Below, piece after piece: positions 37,723 to 47,662 of a stretch of 64,000 nt of DNA (within the stretch, counting starts at the first letter, position 1; each line of letters starts with the position of its first letter). The notes below the pieces were generated by a model that was given only the letters and a program-made list of their open reading frames with translations, had not been told where the DNA came from and ran no database searches. The stretch lies in the NCBI GenBank assembly GCA_002429245.1, contig DIZA01000002.1, forward strand, positions 44,350-108,349, written 5' to 3'. A program made the position numbers and the translations under genes. This DNA comes from Candidatus Saccharibacteria bacterium UBA6040 (GTDB taxonomy: Bacteria > Patescibacteriota > Saccharimonadia > Saccharimonadales > Saccharimonadaceae).

Positions 37723-38235
37723 ATGGCTGAAAAAGAACAGAAAATTGAAGAAGAGACCGCGGAAACGAAACCAACTTCTGCACATGCTTCAAAAAGACCG
37801 GCTTCAAAGTGGATACTATGGGTCGTTATCGGCATTGTTGCTGTCTATGTCATCTTGATGGTGATTGGTTTTGGGGTATTCCGTGCAATCGCTAACCGTA
37901 ACGGAAACAGTATGATGAATGGCGCGCGAACAGCACAAATGATGGATCGTCCACGATTTTCTAATGAACGCTCATACAACGTTCAGCAGAGTAGTTCGGA
38001 TGGATTGACCACAACGACCACGAATACTACTTACACGCAGACACAAGGCGTCGTGACGGCCGTGAATAGCGATAGTATCGTTGTTGCTGGTGGCGGAAAG
38101 ACGCAGACGATCAAGACGAACTCATCGACCACGTATGCTAGCGACACGAAGCCTGCAGTCAATGACACGGTTGTCGTTGTAGGAACAAAAGACGGTGACA
38201 CAATCACCGCAACTCAGATCGCCGTCTACAATTAG
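37723..38235 (+). CDS. Membrane-anchored Thr-rich hypothetical protein (DUF5666-like OB domain)
   Basis: One TM; C-terminal GVVTAVNSDSIVV...DTVVVVG...ITATQI. Confidence 0.7.
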   Translation: MAEKEQKIEEETAETKPTSAHASKRPASKWILWVVIGIVAVYVILMVIGFGVFRAIANRNGNSMMNGARTAQMMDRPRFSNERSYNVQQSSSDGLTTTTTNTTYTQTQGVVTAVNSDSIVVAGGGKTQTIKTNSSTTYASDTKPAVNDTVVVVGTKDGDTITATQIAVYN

Positions 38236-38255
38236 ATAGTGTAAAATGGTGAGTA

Positions 38256-38696
38256 ATGATTATTTACTATACCGACGGAAGCTGTAGCCCGAATCCAGGA
38301 CCTGGAGGCTTCGCAGTGATAAAAGAAATGCAACCATCGATCGTTGGTCATGAACTAAATTCAACGAATATTCGTATGGAAGGTCAAGCGCTGATCGCCG
38401 CCATGAAAGATGCTGGTGGACAAGAGTGTGAGATATATACTGACAGTGAGTTTTGGATCAACGTGATTACGAAATGGGCCCCTGGATGGGAAGCAAAAAA
38501 CTGGGTAAAAAAAGGTGGCGAAATCAAGAACCTCGAGATCGTCAAAGAGGCGCTAGCGTTATATCAGACGTCTCAAGCGATTTTGACATGGGTGCGCGGA
38601 CACGAAGGTGATCCAGGTAACGAACTTGCCGATGAGTGGGCAAATTATGCTCGTAGCAAACGTTTGACTGGCGCCGTTGATCCAGCAAGTGTCTAG
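38256..38696 (+). CDS. rnhA: Ribonuclease HI
   Basis: YTDGSCSPNPGPGG, TNIRME, YTDS, WVRGHEGDPGNELAD. Confidence 0.96.
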   Translation: MIIYYTDGSCSPNPGPGGFAVIKEMQPSIVGHELNSTNIRMEGQALIAAMKDAGGQECEIYTDSEFWINVITKWAPGWEAKNWVKKGGEIKNLEIVKEALALYQTSQAILTWVRGHEGDPGNELADEWANYARSKRLTGAVDPASV

Positions 38697-38755
38697 ATAT
38701 TACTGAGTTGTGTATACTGAAATGAATATACCGGTGGGAGAAGTGGAGCGGGGTT

Positions 38756-39925
38756 GTGCCGGAACGAGAGTGGCAGCTATCATTAGACGCCGAGAATGAT
38801 CAAAAAATGCAACTTCTTTCAAGGCTTACTTCGCAAGTTGTTCGAGCTAACTCGGAGACGATCCCTGCGCAACTCTTTGAATCCCACTATGCTTACGAGG
38901 ACGAAGACATTCTCGATATGGTCGACGAATATCTCAGCGGTGAATTTTACGCGTCTCTGACGGCAGAACAGAAAGAGTATGTATCTCGAGCAATCAGTTT
39001 GCCCGCCGACAGAACATGGCGATATGGCAACAAACTATACACCGATGGACTTTGGGATGCAGAGGGAGCTGCTTTCGTGCACCCCTTACAGTCGCAAGAT
39101 ACACTGATCTTAACCGGGCTCGCAGGTGCGGATTTGTTTGGCTTGAGTAAGCGACTTGATCGACTGGCAGCCGGTATTGAACCCGATGTTTTAAAACGTG
39201 CAGTATTACTCGGTGGGGTTGCGCTTGCAAGTCCACATATGCGATATAGCCAACCCGGTGTCGCATACAGAGGAGAGGCTCAGGATGAAATGGTACCCGA
39301 AACGTATATTGGCGGAACACATCATGGTGACTTTTGGACGTCTCGTGGCGTACGATTTGAACACGATGCCTTATCGCCAATAGGTGAGCCATCGACTTTT
39401 GCGCCCGCAGTAGAAAAGGTCCACATACCTGGCTATCACGGTACTGAAACAGGCGTTATGCGGGCATTGTTGGCATATCGGGCAGGATACCAAGGCGCTG
39501 ATCGCTTGGAGGTATTTCAAAAGATTGCAGGATACTTACAGGAGCAACCAACAAAGGGTGCGGGAAACTTTGCTGATTTTGGCGATGACGATGGCTTTCG
39601 TGACGCATCCGTTTTGGGTGATGTACTTGAGGGCGAGATAAAAGAAAATGATGTGCTTCTTAATACTTTAGTAACACCAGACAATCACGACCTACGGCTG
39701 CAGCTTGCAGTGAGGAAAGAGGGTGTTGAATTTGCGTTCATGTCAGACATGGGTGAGACAATTCGCTCATTTGTCTTGCCTTCGAATGAAATTGAGATGT
39801 ACGCCGCGCAGCTAATAGGTTCCGGATACGGAAGAACATCGCAATGGGCATTGGTGAATATCGTGAAAGTACTCCGCGACGGTAAACCTGCTCGCCGTAG
39901 CGATGGATACGATATCGACGAATAG
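38756..39925 (+). CDS. Hypothetical protein (389 aa)
   Basis: Long ORF, GTG start with GGAG; no recognised family. Confidence 0.75.
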   Translation: MPEREWQLSLDAENDQKMQLLSRLTSQVVRANSETIPAQLFESHYAYEDEDILDMVDEYLSGEFYASLTAEQKEYVSRAISLPADRTWRYGNKLYTDGLWDAEGAAFVHPLQSQDTLILTGLAGADLFGLSKRLDRLAAGIEPDVLKRAVLLGGVALASPHMRYSQPGVAYRGEAQDEMVPETYIGGTHHGDFWTSRGVRFEHDALSPIGEPSTFAPAVEKVHIPGYHGTETGVMRALLAYRAGYQGADRLEVFQKIAGYLQEQPTKGAGNFADFGDDDGFRDASVLGDVLEGEIKENDVLLNTLVTPDNHDLRLQLAVRKEGVEFAFMSDMGETIRSFVLPSNEIEMYAAQLIGSGYGRTSQWALVNIVKVLRDGKPARRSDGYDIDE

Positions 39926-39999
39926 TTGTGTTTTTTATCATTGACCCCGCAAGTCGCTAACGGCTATAGTAAACAACGCTAGCTAAACGAAAGAGAACC

Positions 40000-41109
40000 A
40001 TGGAAGATACGTCCGAACCCACTCCCGAAATTGTAGATACTTCAGAAGTTCCTGATATCGATGCGCCCGTTGAAGCATTTGCCGCGGTGAATGTTCCAAC
40101 CGAAGTTGCTGAACATGTTGAAAAAATTGAGACTGCTAGTGAAGACCAAGATTATACTGACATTTTCCAATGGGCGAACTCGACCGATGCTGTAAAGAAC
40201 GAACTTGACGTTGAATTTTTTCTTTTCAATCGAAATTACACGCCGTACACGACGACACTAGGAAATGACCTCGATACGCAGATTAAGCCTGTTTTTTTGT
40301 TTGACCTTGTTAACCAAGTGATCTTGGGTGCCGGGACAGGGCTTTCGGTTCGTGATTATGAACTGACTGAGAAAGAAGAGAACACGTTGCTACGGACTGA
40401 TCTTGAAAAAGTTGGTCGTGCAAATACGCTGATTCACCTGATTGAACACGAACGTAAAGACATCGTGGAATTCTCTGAAGAAGAGCATGAATTCAAACGC
40501 ATCAAAGGAATTATTGCGCGCTTCTCGAGCAAGGATAAGAAAAAAGTATTCTACGTCGTCAAACAGGTGAGTAGTGGCCAAGCTTTGAAGGGCGTCAATG
40601 CATGGGAATTCCGCGACGGTAAGTTTGAACTATTCAAGGCTGACCTTGGTTGGAAAGTGCCAACTGATAACCAGGTGTTGATTACCGGTAAGGACATCTT
40701 TATTTTTGCGCAGAGTAAATTTGAGCGTTTATTCAACTACGAATTTAAAAAGCAATTACTGGCTGATCAAAAAGTTGCCGAAATCGAAAAACTCTACAAA
40801 CTGAGTTTCCCTGATGGTATGGATCTGCAATCTGCGGTTATGGAACGCAAGAAAGTCGTCAACAAACTACAGAAACTTGAAGTTGGTGTCGTGTCGCAAG
40901 AACAGGCGATTGAATACGCTGATGTCATGCAACTCGAACTAATGACCGACGATGAAGGCGCGATTATCATCATGGATGGCAACGATCTTGATATGTTTGT
41001 AAACTTGATTAACGAAGACTATATCACGAATGAGATCACTGGTCGTCGCTATGAAATTAAGGGCAAGCGACTGCTTGATGATCCCGAAGGCGAGCCACCA
41101 CGAGGCTAG
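40000..41109 (+). CDS. DUF4868 / KwaB-like domain protein
   Basis: Recalled similarity of DNQVLI...IFIFAQSKFERLFNY segment to DUF4868; not computed. Confidence 0.5.
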   Translation: MEDTSEPTPEIVDTSEVPDIDAPVEAFAAVNVPTEVAEHVEKIETASEDQDYTDIFQWANSTDAVKNELDVEFFLFNRNYTPYTTTLGNDLDTQIKPVFLFDLVNQVILGAGTGLSVRDYELTEKEENTLLRTDLEKVGRANTLIHLIEHERKDIVEFSEEEHEFKRIKGIIARFSSKDKKKVFYVVKQVSSGQALKGVNAWEFRDGKFELFKADLGWKVPTDNQVLITGKDIFIFAQSKFERLFNYEFKKQLLADQKVAEIEKLYKLSFPDGMDLQSAVMERKKVVNKLQKLEVGVVSQEQAIEYADVMQLELMTDDEGAIIIMDGNDLDMFVNLINEDYITNEITGRRYEIKGKRLLDDPEGEPPRG

Positions 41110-41137
41110 TGCTGGGTAGTGGTTACGCTTTAATCAC

Positions 41138-41166
41138 TTGCAAATATATAGCGTTCGGGTTTTAAT
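41138..41166 (+). promoter_or_regulatory. Sigma70-like promoter of module B
   Basis: TTGCAA-17 bp-TTTAAT. Confidence 0.55.
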
Positions 41167-41223
41167 AGATGTAGGAAGCGACACCCCGTCGCAGCACATC
41201 GAAACGAAGGACGGTGAGATACC

Positions 41224-41640
41224 GTGTTGAAAAAAACCAAGTTTTTTGATGTTGAATGCGCCTATGGCCGCGCATACGACCTCAAACAACTTCGTCGAAT
41301 CCTCGATAAAGTGATTGGCACGCGCGTGCGAGAATTGCGAGTGGTCCGCATGGGCCGTCGTACTGTGCGCGCTGTTGTCGAGCTACACGACTACACAGAG
41401 GTGAACTTTAAGGCAATTCAGCAAAATATGCTGAATGACCAAGGAGTGATCCTGATCGAGGTCGCACTCGATGGAAGCAGCCAATCCATGCAAGTGGATC
41501 CAGAAACGGTTGCTCCGTCGACCATTCCGGTGAAAATTATTCCACCATCGGCGGTACCGGTAACAATCGAGGTGATAAAGCAGCCTGCTGCCAAACCACG
41601 TCGTTCACCACGTCCCGCTCGTCACCCAGCTGCGGCATAA
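41224..41640 (+). CDS. Hypothetical protein (138 aa), module B
   Basis: Own promoter, UTR hairpin and 3' hairpin; Pro-rich tail. Confidence 0.7.
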   Translation: MLKKTKFFDVECAYGRAYDLKQLRRILDKVIGTRVRELRVVRMGRRTVRAVVELHDYTEVNFKAIQQNMLNDQGVILIEVALDGSSQSMQVDPETVAPSTIPVKIIPPSAVPVTIEVIKQPAAKPRRSPRPARHPAAA

Positions 41641-41669
41641 ATGCCTTCCGCGCCCGTGGCAATGAAGTC

Positions 41670-41701
41670 GAGAGCCTGCTCCTTCATTGGTGCGGGCTCT
41701 C
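41670..41701 (+). terminator. Module B 3' hairpin
   Basis: GAGAGCCTGC...GCGGGCTCTC then TTCGCTTT. Confidence 0.75.
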
Positions 41702-41731
41702 TTCGCTTTAAGTCAGACATTTTGGTTGTGC

Positions 41732-41760
41732 TTGCTAGATGAGAAAGTAAACGCTATAAA
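41732..41760 (+). promoter_or_regulatory. Sigma70-like promoter of module C
   Basis: TTGCTA-17 bp-TATAAA. Confidence 0.55.
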
Positions 41761-41811
41761 ATAGATATACCCAAACGTGTTTCTAGAGATCCTGAGAGAG
41801 TGGAGTGAAAT

Positions 41812-42045
41812 ATGGCGAAAACAGTGACCGTACTGATGAATATCGAAAAGGCATCTGTGTGGGTGCTGATGACGGATCTCGTGGAGAAGCATGAGGCAGA
41901 ATTTAAGAGGAATGTACTGGTAAGATTGCAGTACGTGAGGTTCCTGAAATTCGGCCATACGCATCTTCGGGTGATCTGCGAGCAGTATCCCTATGAAGTC
42001 GTCGAGAAAGTCGTCGAAGAGGTCCTTCTCGAGCTGGAGGTATAA
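41812..42045 (+). CDS. Hypothetical protein (77 aa), module C
   Basis: GGAG RBS, own promoter and 3' hairpin. Confidence 0.7.
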   Translation: MAKTVTVLMNIEKASVWVLMTDLVEKHEAEFKRNVLVRLQYVRFLKFGHTHLRVICEQYPYEVVEKVVEEVLLELEV

Positions 42046-42046
42046 T

Positions 42047-42102
42047 GCCCGCCCGATAAGTAGAGCAGTCGCCTTGTGTGACACCGCTCCTTGTGGGCGG
42101 GC
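42047..42102 (+). terminator. Module C 3' hairpin
   Basis: GCCCGCCC/GGGCGGGC base, inner GAGC/GCTC, then TCTTCTTATTTTT. Confidence 0.75.
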
Positions 42103-42153
42103 TCTTCTTATTTTTAATAATTCTAATCGGTTTATTCGGGTATAATAGAAGTA

Positions 42154-43680
42154 ATGAATCAGGGGTTAGCACTCGAGATAATGCTCTCGGGACAAAGCGT
42201 TCTTTTAACTGGTCCTGCGGGGGCCGGTAAGACTTTTGTGTTGAATCAATTTATCAAGCTTGCCAAGTATGAAGGTAAGCATGTATCGGTCACGGCAACG
42301 ACCGGCCTGGCCGCAACGCACTTGGGCGGAACGACCATTCATAGCTGGGCAGGGATTGGTGTTCATGACTCAATCGGCCACGGTTTCGTCGATCACATCG
42401 CCAAGGGCCGTCGTGAAATTATTGAAAAGACCGATGTACTGATCATCGATGAGATCAGTATGCTTCATGATTTCCGCCTTGATATGGTGGATGAGGTGTG
42501 TCGCATCGTCCGCAAAAAAGATGAACCATTTGGTGGTGTCCAGATTATTATGTCGGGTGATTTCTTTCAGTTGCCTCCAATCAACAGAGGTGACTCGCGG
42601 GCCGGCGGTTTCGTGGTGAATTCGGAAGTCTGGCGTGAACTTGATCCAGTTATTTGTTATCTGCAAGAACAGCACCGACAAGACGACGAGCAACTACTTG
42701 ATATCTTGAACGCAATGCGCGCAGGTGATGTTCGTCGTCATCACGCCGAACTACTCTTGGCGCGATCTGAAGTTTTCCCTGATGACCTTGAGCAATTAAC
42801 GGAGCTACACACAGTAAACGTTGATGTCGATAAGATTAACGAGGCAAAACTTGAAACACTCGAAGGCGACGAAGTGGTGTATAGCCAAATGACAACCGGT
42901 TCTGAAAGTTATGTTGAAACCTTGCAACGATCTGTTCTGGCGCCTTCTGCATTGAAAGTAAAAAAGGGTGCGTTAGTCATGGCGGTGAAAAATAGTCCTG
43001 AGCGCAAGTACGTGAACGGGAGTATCGGAACAGTGATCGACTTCGAACCATACACCGATTATCCAATCGTTGAATTCAAGAATGGCAAAGAAGTATCGAT
43101 GGTTCCTGACACATGGGAACTGCGTGATGGTGATAAAAAACGGGCCAGTATTAGCCAGATCCCACTGCGTCTCGCATGGGCAATTACGATTCACAAGTCG
43201 CAAGGAATGACGCTCGACGCTGCTCGAATTGACCTTCGCAAAGCGTTTGTCGAAGGCATGGGATACGTTGCTTTAAGCCGAGTAAAAAATTTGAACAATC
43301 TTTATTTAACAGGTATTAACCAAATGGCACTGAAGGTCAGCGAGGATGCGCAGACGATTGACGGAATCCTTCGCGACAAGGCCGCATCAGACGCGAAACG
43401 CTTTGCTCCACTGCAAAAGAAGGCCGAAGAGCGTGCCAAGAAACCAGTTGTTGAAAAAACAACGTCTGACAAAAAAAGTGGCTGGAATGAAAAGATCGCC
43501 AAGATGCGTGAGACGTATCCAAACGCTTATAAACCTTGGGAAGACAGTCAAGATGCTGAATTGAAGCAAGAGTTTCAGCAGGGTCTGACGATTGAAGAGC
43601 TCAGTAAATTGCTGGGACGACACGAGGGCTCGATCAAAATGCGTCTGCAAAAGCATTTCGGTGAAGACGTTGTTCAATAG
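42154..43680 (+). CDS. PIF1-family 5'-3' DNA helicase with C-terminal HTH-like domain
   Basis: GPAGAGKT, IIDEISM, GDFFQLPP, AWAITIHKSQGMT, YVALSR. Confidence 0.93.
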   Translation: MNQGLALEIMLSGQSVLLTGPAGAGKTFVLNQFIKLAKYEGKHVSVTATTGLAATHLGGTTIHSWAGIGVHDSIGHGFVDHIAKGRREIIEKTDVLIIDEISMLHDFRLDMVDEVCRIVRKKDEPFGGVQIIMSGDFFQLPPINRGDSRAGGFVVNSEVWRELDPVICYLQEQHRQDDEQLLDILNAMRAGDVRRHHAELLLARSEVFPDDLEQLTELHTVNVDVDKINEAKLETLEGDEVVYSQMTTGSESYVETLQRSVLAPSALKVKKGALVMAVKNSPERKYVNGSIGTVIDFEPYTDYPIVEFKNGKEVSMVPDTWELRDGDKKRASISQIPLRLAWAITIHKSQGMTLDAARIDLRKAFVEGMGYVALSRVKNLNNLYLTGINQMALKVSEDAQTIDGILRDKAASDAKRFAPLQKKAEERAKKPVVEKTTSDKKSGWNEKIAKMRETYPNAYKPWEDSQDAELKQEFQQGLTIEELSKLLGRHEGSIKMRLQKHFGEDVVQ

Positions 43681-43722
43681 CTGTTACTTGGGTGAGACGT
43701 CTTAGCAGGGTATAATGAAGAG

Positions 43723-44991
43723 ATGACTGCTGACCAGAAACAACCGAATCGGGGATTTCCAAAGCACTTCTTATGGGGAGCAGCCACTGCTGCACACCAA
43801 GTTGAGGGTGATAATCACAATCAGTGGACAGTGTGGGAGTTAGAAAACGCAAAAGCGAAAGCAGCGCAGGCTGATTTTCATCTTCACGATTATCCGACCT
43901 GGGACAAGATAAGGGTTGAGGCGAACATGCCAGAGAACTATGTCTCGGGCGAATTGGCTGACCATTACCACCGGTATAAAGAAGATTTCGACTTTCTTGA
44001 AAAGATGAATATGAATGCCTACCGCTTTAGTGTGGAATGGTCACGCATTGAACCGAAAGAGGGGACTTGGAATAGTGAAGCGATTGCTCATTATAAAGAC
44101 TATCTTGAAGAGTTACGTCGCCGAGATATTGAACCGGTTGTGACGTTATTGCATTTTACGTTACCTGTCTGGTTTGCTGAAATGGGTGGCTTTGAAAAAC
44201 GAAAGAATGTGAAGTACTTTGTTCGCTACGCTGAAAAAATCATGAGTGAACTTGGCAACAGTATTCGTTTTATTATCACGATTAACGAACCGGAAGTGTA
44301 TGGCTTTGAGAGTTATTACCTGCAAAACTGGCCGCCGAACAAATCGAGCCTCTTTAAAGTCTGGCGCGTCGGAGTGAATCAAGCCGTTGCGCACCGTAAG
44401 GCGGCCAAAGTACTCCATAGTCTTAACCGTCGGTACAGGATTGGTATCGCAAAGAATACGGTCTACTTTTTTCCCGGTGATAGTGCATGGGTCAGTCGAC
44501 TGAGCGCCAATCTTTTCCAGTTTTTCCAAGATGATTACTTTATTAGAAAATATATTAAACACAGCGATTTCCTCGGGGTAAATTACTATCAGTCGGCTCG
44601 ACTATTGGGGTACCGTGTGCACAACTCCGAAAAACTAGATTACAGCGATGTTGACTGGCCACTTGCACCGGCTGACATTGAATATGCACTTGAACGACTC
44701 AGTAGGAAATATAAAAAACCACTGATGATTACCGAAAATGGGCTTGCTGATGCAGACGATGAACACCGTGAGTGGTGGATTAAAGAAACGATTATCGGGA
44801 TGCAAAAAGCACTAAAGGGTGGCGTTGATTTGATTGGTTACTTCCATTGGAGCCTCATGGATAATTTTGAGTGGGCTTATGGAAAATGGCCACGATTTGG
44901 TCTGATTGCGATAGACTATAAAACAGGAAAGCGAACACTTCGCCCAAGCGCTGCTTGGTTCGGCCGAGTCATTAAGAAACTGAAGGATTAA
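43723..44991 (+). CDS. Glycoside hydrolase family 1 (beta-glucosidase-like)
   Basis: FLWGAATAAHQVEG, TINEP acid/base, ITENG nucleophile. Confidence 0.96.
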   Translation: MTADQKQPNRGFPKHFLWGAATAAHQVEGDNHNQWTVWELENAKAKAAQADFHLHDYPTWDKIRVEANMPENYVSGELADHYHRYKEDFDFLEKMNMNAYRFSVEWSRIEPKEGTWNSEAIAHYKDYLEELRRRDIEPVVTLLHFTLPVWFAEMGGFEKRKNVKYFVRYAEKIMSELGNSIRFIITINEPEVYGFESYYLQNWPPNKSSLFKVWRVGVNQAVAHRKAAKVLHSLNRRYRIGIAKNTVYFFPGDSAWVSRLSANLFQFFQDDYFIRKYIKHSDFLGVNYYQSARLLGYRVHNSEKLDYSDVDWPLAPADIEYALERLSRKYKKPLMITENGLADADDEHREWWIKETIIGMQKALKGGVDLIGYFHWSLMDNFEWAYGKWPRFGLIAIDYKTGKRTLRPSAAWFGRVIKKLKD

Positions 44992-44992
44992 G

Positions 44993-46012
44993 ATGAAAGA
45001 CCCGTTTGCAAAGAGCGAGATTAAAATTGCGGTTATCGGTGGGGGAACGGGCAGTTTCACGATGCTTTCGGCTTTGAAGGGCTACACGTCGCAAATCGCG
45101 GCAATTGTCAGTATGGCCGATGACGGCAGTAGTACAGGGGTGCTTCGCGATGAACTGGGTACATTGCCTGCGGGTGACGTACGTCAGTGCCTTGTTGCGT
45201 TGAGTGATTCTCCAAAAGTTCGTGACTTGTTCGACTATCGATTTGAAGAGGGGACATTTGCTGGACACTCATTTGGTAACCTTCTTTTGACAGCACTTGA
45301 GAAAGTGACTGGTGATTTTTCAGAAGCAGTTGAGACAGCTTCTGAAATTTTGCGCGTCAACGGCATAGTTATTCCTGCGACACTCGACAACGTTCGATTA
45401 AAGATGGAATGGCCTGAAAAGAGCCTGATTCTTCATGGCGAGCGAGTGATTGACGCCGAGTTTTTTAAACATGATCCACGAAAAGCTGAATTATCATTGG
45501 TTCCGGCCGCGAAAGCGAACCCAACTGCTATCGCAGCCATTGAGCAAGCTGACCTAGTCGTTATCGCACCGGGTGACTTGTATACGTCACTTGGTCCACT
45601 GCTCGTTATCGGTGGTATTGGAGAAGCACTACAGAAAACGAAAGCCTTGAAAGTCTATGTTTCGAACTTAGTGAGTAAACAAGGTCAGACTGATGGATTT
45701 ACGGTTGGAGATCACGCTGCAGAAATTGAACGGTTTGCAGGAAGTGAGTTTTTGGATTACGTTGTCTATAACGACGAAGAACCTTCGGAACACATTGCGG
45801 CTGCCTATAAATCTGAAGGGGGTTATGTCACTGAAATCGACAGCGAACACCTTGCGCAGTCGCATTTCAAGGTAGCGAGTGGTAAACTGCTTGGTAAGAT
45901 GGCAGATGCACCAACCACGAATGGTATTTCAATTCACCGAACGCTGATTCGTCACGATACACGGCAAGTCGCAAAACTCTTAATGGAACTTTATACTCGT
46001 GAACAACAATAA
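44993..46012 (+). CDS. YvcK/UPF0052 (gluconeogenesis factor, CofD-like) protein
   Basis: IGGGTG, ADDGSSTG..R, GHSFGNL, PGDLYTSL. Confidence 0.92.
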   Translation: MKDPFAKSEIKIAVIGGGTGSFTMLSALKGYTSQIAAIVSMADDGSSTGVLRDELGTLPAGDVRQCLVALSDSPKVRDLFDYRFEEGTFAGHSFGNLLLTALEKVTGDFSEAVETASEILRVNGIVIPATLDNVRLKMEWPEKSLILHGERVIDAEFFKHDPRKAELSLVPAAKANPTAIAAIEQADLVVIAPGDLYTSLGPLLVIGGIGEALQKTKALKVYVSNLVSKQGQTDGFTVGDHAAEIERFAGSEFLDYVVYNDEEPSEHIAAAYKSEGGYVTEIDSEHLAQSHFKVASGKLLGKMADAPTTNGISIHRTLIRHDTRQVAKLLMELYTREQQ

Positions 46013-46676
46013 CCTTGCCGCTTATTACATTCTTGACCTCGACCGAACCCTTTTCAATACCGAAAAGGCGATGGATGTCATGCGTGGCGTGGTCGCATTG
46101 CACGATTCTAATCTTGCGTCAGCACTAGCGCAACGATTCGAAGAATACACTTTGCTGGGAGAGTCTTTCTCTGTTCGAGACTTTATCATCGAGAATGTTG
46201 GTGAAGAAGAAATGGCGAAAATTGAAGTGAAGTATCACGAAGTAGGGTTGCAACAGGACTTGCTTCACGATGGTGCCACAGAACTCCTGGCGTATATCCG
46301 TGCGAAGGACAACACCGAACTAGGGATTTTGACGTACGGCTCACCACAAGGGCAGACGATGAAAATCAACGCTGCGACAGGACTTGAAGGGATTCCATTT
46401 CTCGTCACGTCTGAGACCTTCAAGGGTGCGCTGATTGCTAGTTGGCGCCAAGATGATGATCTATACCATTTACCGGAAGAATTGGGCGGATTTATCACGG
46501 ATAGTATTGTTTTTGTTGATGACAAGCCGTTCTCGTTTAAGGGGCTGCCAATCGATATTGTCGGGTATCTTGTGGACTCAGGCTACGATGCCGGTATTCA
46601 GAATATTCCAGTCAATGTGACGATCGTAAAAAGCTTGAACGAAGTGATAACGCTGGAAAAAGCGCGTCTCGCCTAA
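45999..46676 (+). CDS. HAD-superfamily hydrolase-like protein
   Basis: DLDRTL motif I, LTYG motif II, FVDDK motif IV. Confidence 0.8.
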   Translation: MNNNNLAAYYILDLDRTLFNTEKAMDVMRGVVALHDSNLASALAQRFEEYTLLGESFSVRDFIIENVGEEEMAKIEVKYHEVGLQQDLLHDGATELLAYIRAKDNTELGILTYGSPQGQTMKINAATGLEGIPFLVTSETFKGALIASWRQDDDLYHLPEELGGFITDSIVFVDDKPFSFKGLPIDIVGYLVDSGYDAGIQNIPVNVTIVKSLNEVITLEKARLA

Positions 46677-46734
46677 ATTTCGCCACCTCTGTTATCAAAT
46701 TGACAAACCATAAGTGGTATGCAAAAGTGGAGAC

Positions 46735-46956
46735 ATGGCAAAAGCAACTTCTAAAAAAGCAGCAAAAAAGACAGCAAAAAAAGTACTCTCCGGCTGGTTT
46801 CCTGCGCCACGTCAGGCAAGTACATTGAACGATGTAAAGACGGCGGTACTACTTGTTTCACTGACGTTGAACCTTGTGGTATTTATTGCATGGCTTATTC
46901 TTCGAATAACGACTGTTTACGACCAGCAAGTCTACAACTTTTTGTTCGTCCGCTAG
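46735..46956 (+). CDS. Small membrane protein
   Basis: TTGACA promoter, GGAG RBS, basic N-terminus plus one TM. Confidence 0.75.
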   Translation: MAKATSKKAAKKTAKKVLSGWFPAPRQASTLNDVKTAVLLVSLTLNLVVFIAWLILRITTVYDQQVYNFLFVR

Positions 46957-46977
46957 ACATCTATAGCAGACAAAATT

Positions 46978-47008
46978 ACCACGCTTTCCAAGATAGGGGC
47001 GTGGTTTT
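46978..47008 (+). terminator. Intrinsic terminator
   Basis: ACCACGC...GCGTGGT followed by TTT. Confidence 0.65.
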
Positions 47009-47045
47009 GGTTTACCCCTTAAAACGTAAGAGTTATTCGCAAAAC

Positions 47046-47054
47046 TGTGGATAA
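47046..47054 (-). promoter_or_regulatory. Perfect DnaA box upstream of mraZ
   Basis: TGTGGATAA = reverse complement of TTATCCACA. Confidence 0.6.
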
Positions 47055-47084
47055 ATCAACAGGTATAAATAATTCTGTCAAAAT

Positions 47085-47110
47085 TGGGGGTTGTAGTGGG
47101 TAATAGTGGG
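47085..47110 (+). promoter_or_regulatory. Putative MraZ-binding direct repeats
   Basis: (T/G)GGG at 10-nt period (47087-90, 47097-100, 47107-110), like known MraZ operators. Confidence 0.7.
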
Positions 47111-47220
47111 TTGTATGATGAGTCCAAGTGGCAAACAAAAAGAGCCCACTAAAACAAACAATTACATTAAAAAATAACCTATACAAAATCCATCGAATTA
47201 ATCGAGGAGAAGAACACATA

Positions 47221-47589
47221 GTGGCAAGCGTAGATTATTTTGAGCGAAGACTCGATGACAAGCGTCGTTTGACGATCCCATCTGAGCTCCGTACGGAATT
47301 TATCTCCGGAGTCGTTCTTACTCGTGGATTCGGTCGTTATCTGCATCTCTATCCTAAAGATATTTGGGACGGGGAAGTCGAAACCGCACTCAGCGCTAGC
47401 TCTAGTATTCTCGATGAGAAAACTGCTGACGTCAACGTGCAATTTCGCCGTGGCAAGACCGAAGCCGAACTTGATCAAAAACAGGGACGTATAACGATCG
47501 AACAGCATCTTTTAGACTATGCTGGCATTGGTCGTGATATTGAAGCTGTTCGAGCGGGTAAGTACTGGCGTTTAATGACGTCTGAGTAG
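47221..47589 (+). CDS. mraZ: Transcriptional regulator MraZ (compact)
   Basis: LDDKRRLTIP and LDQKQGRITI AbrB-like repeats; GTG start after GAGGAG. Confidence 0.92.
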   Translation: MASVDYFERRLDDKRRLTIPSELRTEFISGVVLTRGFGRYLHLYPKDIWDGEVETALSASSSILDEKTADVNVQFRRGKTEAELDQKQGRITIEQHLLDYAGIGRDIEAVRAGKYWRLMTSE

Positions 47590-47662
47590 TATAGGCCGTT
47601 TCCCGACATTCCGTAATTGTTAATCATTCGTTCTTTAACAAACAAACACAAGAGAAACACTC

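Noticed and set aside
38722-38799. Frameshifted start of the 389-aa gene (ATG 38722)
   Set aside because: The ATG is only 3 nt from the -10 and out of frame; GTG 38756 has a usable GGAG.
47128-47220. N-terminal extension of MraZ
   Set aside because: No similarity to MraZ; the GTG at 47221 has a GAGGAG RBS.
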